From the NCBI GenBank assembly GCA_038087875.1, contig CM075993.1:5520001-5584000 (forward strand): a DNA stretch of 64,000 nt, written 5' to 3'. This document shows positions 59,761 through 64,000 of this stretch, one piece after another; position 1 is the first letter of the stretch, and each line of letters begins with the position of its first letter. Source of the stretch: Malacoraja senta. Its lineage: Eukaryota. The translations under genes and the position numbers were made by a program. The notes beneath the pieces were generated by a model. The model was not told the DNA's origin. It ran no database searches and worked only from the letters and a program-made list of their open reading frames with translations.

Positions 59761-61546
59761 CTGGTGAAAAACAAAGAAAAGCAGAGTTACCTAAAGGCCT
59801 GATTAAAAATGGAACGTGGGAATGCTGTAACATCTGAACAAATGTGTCACAGCAACAGACTGTCTCCAAGAACTTGAATTACGTGCTTAAATTTTCCTAT
59901 CATTATATTCCAAGAGCTCCTAGTCCTTGAGCATCAGCAAACTCAGGCATTACTGGACAATGTTTAAGAAAGAAAGATGCTGGTAAAATCGAAGTTAGAC
60001 ACAAATTGTTGGAGAAACTCAGCAGGTGAGGCAGCATCTATGGAGAGAAGGAATTGGCGACGTTTCGGGTCGAGACCCTTCATTCATTCTGAAGAAGGGT
60101 CTCGACCCGAAACGTCGCCAATTCCTTCTCTCCATAGACGCTGCCTCACCCGCTGAGTTTCTCCAGCATTTTGTGTCTACATTAGTAGACAATCTTCCAT
60201 CACCCAAATGCAAAGATTCTTCAAAGCTGATAGTAACCCAGCCTATTTCCACACCCATCCAGACTATGTGGAAAGAAGACTTTACTGTCCATAGATCTTC
60301 CGATTGGAATGAAACACAAAACTTATCTCGTATTGCTATGCGTTCACCCAATCAACCTGGGCCAATTCATTGCAGTGTAGGAACTGCAGATGCTGGTTTA
60401 AACCGAAGATAGCCACAAAAAGCTGGAGTAACTCAATGGGACAGGCAGCATCTCTGGGGAGAAGGGATGGGTGATGTTTTGGGTCGAAACCTTTCTTCAG
60501 ACGATTCACTGCACTGCTGTGTCAATGCAACCCAGCAGGATTGGGAGACCACTTGACTAAACTGCTCAACAAAATAACAACAGAAAAATGCTAATCCCGC
60601 AGCAACTCACCTCAGTAAACTGCAGGTGCAAAAAAAAAAAGCAGGTTTTAAGGGAGATTGGAGTAGTGTAATTGTATCCTGCCAATTCTCAAAGATCAAA
60701 TATAATGTTGTCATAATCCTGAGCTAAAACTTCACTCTGAATATTCTAAACAAAAGAAAAATGCTGCTTTTCTTCTCTGTGCAATTAATTTGTTCTCATG
60801 ACATTTTCAATCATTTACATAAAACCTAAGAACATAAGGAATACTGGGAGTAGATCATTTGGCCCTTGAGTCTGGGCACTGTGGCGCAGCAATAGAGCTA
60901 CTGCCTTACAATGCCAGACCCAGGTTCGATCCCGACTACGGTGCTGTCTGTACGGAGTCTGTACGTTCTCCCCGTGACCTGCGTGGGTTTTCTCCAAGAT
61001 CTTTGGTTTCCTTTCACACTCCAAAGGCGTGCAAGTTTGTAGGTAATTTGGCCTGGTGTCAATGTAAAATTGACCCTAGTGTGTGCGTAGTGTAGTGTTA
61101 GTGTGCGGGGATTGCTGGTCGATGCGTGCTCGGTGGGCCGAAAGGTCTGTTTCCGCACTGTATCTCGAAACTAAACTAAACTGTACTTCAAGATATTTTT
61201 TTACTTCAAACACTATTTTTCTTCCCTCTCCCCATATTCCTTCCCAACAGTTTACAATGAAAAGATCCAGATGGTAATGCTAAATCTTTGCCTGGTCCCT
61301 GAATGTTCCCCGTGTTTGATTTTTGACATTAGATGCACATTGTGCTTTGTTCATTAAACCATCTGAGCATGAGGTAGGTCGTAGGTAGGTCGTGATGCTA
61401 GTCGTAGGTACTCGTGGTATGTAAGTACTCAGTTAAAATGACATTAAAGTAAATACTGAATACTGATACTGAATGTTCAGTTCAGCAGACTCAATGCACA
61501 CTGGTAAATGCTATGGAAAACAAAATTGTTATGTCAGCCACAGTGT

Positions 61547-61762
61547 AGGGCCTGTCCCACTTTCACGACCTCTGCCGAGTTTGCCCTTGACTCATACTCG
61601 CAGCATGGGCGTCACGAGGTCGTAGGAGGTCGTAGGTAGGTCGTGATGCCAGTCGTAGGTACTCGTGGCATCAAGTAGGTCGGGGCATTTTTTCTAGCCT
61701 GATGAAAAATGTCCACGAGTAAAAAAGGTCGTGAATTAGGTCGTGAAAGTGGGACAGGCCCT
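61547..61762. mobile_element. Harbinger-like MITE
   Basis: Near-identical to 21407-21643. Confidence 0.78.
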
Positions 61763-61806
61763 TTCAACTATTTCCATATAAACTCGTCGATTAAACTCTC
61801 TCTCAC

Positions 61807-61931
61807 CTCAGCCACCGTACTTCTGATCCTGTCAATTAGATTTTCAAAATCCACGAGATTGAAAAGGGGTTGCTGTTTGAGCATATGAAGCTCTGCCGCA
61901 AAGATATCTTCCTGGTTCTTCAAAATGGACC
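61807..61931 (-). CDS. TUBGCP4: TUBGCP4 exon
   Basis: (G)SILKNQEDIFAAELHMLKQQPLFNLVDFENLIDRIRSTVAE; 125 nt. Confidence 0.97.
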
Positions 61932-62702
61932 CTGCAGCACACACACAGAAAGTAGAGAGCGTTGAGAGGCTTGGTGTGCAGGGACAGACACCGACAGTGG
62001 TCCTGACAGTGGGTTAGCCCGAACATAGACACAATACGGTGGAGTAACTCAGCGGGTCAGGCGGCATCTCTGGAGAAAAAGGAATAGGTGACGTTTCGGG
62101 TCGTGGCCCTTCTTCGGTCAAGAACATGTCGTGAGAACATGACCACAAATCCCAAGAGTTATTTATTTAGAATTTAAATAGAAAAGGTAGGCAGAAAGTC
62201 ACTAACATTAAAAAATAATAACATGCTACCGATATCCTTAGGACAAGAAAGGCTGCGGCTCTTAATCAGTTGGGGTTCCCAAGAGTGAATGTTCCCAAGA
62301 ATAGTTGTCTTCTGGATGACTTATCCAGCTATCCAGTTGTATTAAACAGCTATTAACTCCCTCAAGAAGGACTAATTTTCACGATTCAATCTAGACCAGT
62401 ATGTTTTGGCATACTATTCAATTAGATAAGGTATCACAGTTAATCCTGCTTCTGCCCCATCTCCAAGTTTCTAAGAAGGCTTATATTGTCCAAGACAATA
62501 TGAATACATATCTCTGCTTTTATTGTTTCCCTCCCCCTCCCCAATATCCATCAGTCCAGTGGTAGAGAAGATGAACACAGACCTCCTCAGCTGGGGACCA
62601 AATACCCTGATGGACTTCTACGGCCTGATGTAGTTTGGCTACACCACGAGCATCGAGACAAGCCATGGAGGGGTCAGGCAGGTGTCAAACACTGAGCCCT
62701 AC

Positions 62703-62868
62703 CTGCACGAGTGTGATTCACGTTCTGATTCTCAAACATCTGCACGGACTCCCCCACAAACAGGATCTTCTCTGCCACCCTCACCGGGATGTATGAGGGC
62801 AGCATCTCAGCTCGCAGTGAAAACTGCTTCAGGGATGTGGCCAACATGTCCTCCTCTTCAATTAACCG
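62703..62868 (-). CDS. TUBGCP4: TUBGCP4 exon (gene continues beyond the window)
   Basis: RLIEEEDMLATSLKQFSLRAEMLPSYIPVRVAEKILFVGESVQMFENQNVNHTRA; 166 nt. Confidence 0.98.
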
Positions 62869-64000
62869 CTGTGGGAAATATACAAAAATATTGATAACAG
62901 GGCCATCTATATCTTTCCCAAATATTATCACTACTTACAGACATAATTCTCCTTCTCATCCCTCATAAAACAATTTGCATTCAGGGTGGCACAGCGGAAG
63001 AGTTGCTGCCTCACAGCGCCAGAGACCTCAGGTTCGATCCTGACTACAGGTGTTGTCTGTACAGTTTTTGTATGTTCTCCTTGTGACCACGTGGGTTTTC
63101 TCTGGGTGCGGTGGTTTCCTCCCACACTTCAAAGCTGTGCAGGTTTGTAGGTTAATTGGCTTCGGTATGTTGTAAAATTGTCCCTTGTCTGTGTAGCTTA
63201 GTGTACAGGGTGATCGCTGGTGGGTGCGGACTTGGGCCTGTTTCCACGCTGTATCTTTAAAGTCTAACGTCTATAAGGATCTTTCTGCACCTCCGGATAA
63301 TGTGGGTCATAATCAAAGGTATAATTTATGGACAGGTTGACCTGAAAAGTATAAGACTTCAGTAATTGTGAACTGTTGTCAACCAAAGTAACAAGAGAAG
63401 TTTTGAGCAAAGCAACATCGCACTAACACTGTTGAAGCTCATACAATATTGCTGTGGCATCTTTAGCAAGTGGGTCTCAAAGGTTTATCGCAAATAACCC
63501 AAAAGAGAACTTGCAAAAGAGAACAACTATTTATTTATTTCTGTGTTGCTTCCTGTGACAAAATGCACTGCATTTCAATACATAAACTCTCTTGTGTAAA
63601 GTGAAGCAACACACTGAGAAACAGATTTTCTCATTTCTGAGTAATCATTGTTTCCAGTAACTAAATTTCTTTTCATTTCATTACCAGTAACTTCATTTCA
63701 ATAACTTCAATAGTTCTTCATTGGGCGTGAATTACGTTGTGATGATCTGGTCAGGGAGTCCTACAGCACTGAAACAGGTCCTTCAGCCCAAATTATCCAT
63801 ACCAACCAAGACAATATACAAAAGACATTAGACAATAGGTGCAGGAGTAGGCCATTTGGCCCTTCGAGCCAGCACCGTCATTCAATGTGATCATGGCTGA
63901 TCATCCCCAATCAGTACCCCGTTCCTGCCTTCTCCCCATATCCCCTGACTCCGCTATTTTTAAGAGCCCTATCTAGCTCTCTCTTGAAAGCATCCAGAGA

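Overview
Vertebrate genomic DNA, very likely a cartilaginous fish (skate/ray type), inferred from HE1-like V-SINEs, CR1/HER1-like LINEs and Penelope-like elements. It holds the 3' half of TP53BP1 on + (13 coding exons, ~3566-25730: LC8 motifs, oligomerisation domain, GAR, tandem Tudor, UDR, NLS, tandem BRCT). It also holds the 3' part of TUBGCP4 on - (11 coding exons, 62868 down to the stop at 42682), convergent as in human. Left of a 200-N gap (2293-2492) is one 125-nt exon of a nestin/synemin-like intermediate filament gene on -. TP53BP1 exons near the contig start carry many 1-nt indels that look like consensus errors. The most unusual structure is intergenic (34.1-37.0 kb, minus strand): a TATA/GC/CCAAT promoter followed by four complete and one broken histone-type 3' stem-loops. 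Each is followed by a U7/HDE-like motif, within degenerate repeated units, and there is no histone ORF. Also present are many Penelope-associated minimal hammerhead-like motifs, a diverse Harbinger-like MITE family, a decayed tRNA-Pro, a probable solo LTR and several nested retroelement insertions. All calls come from reading the sequence and recalled homologues; no searches were run.
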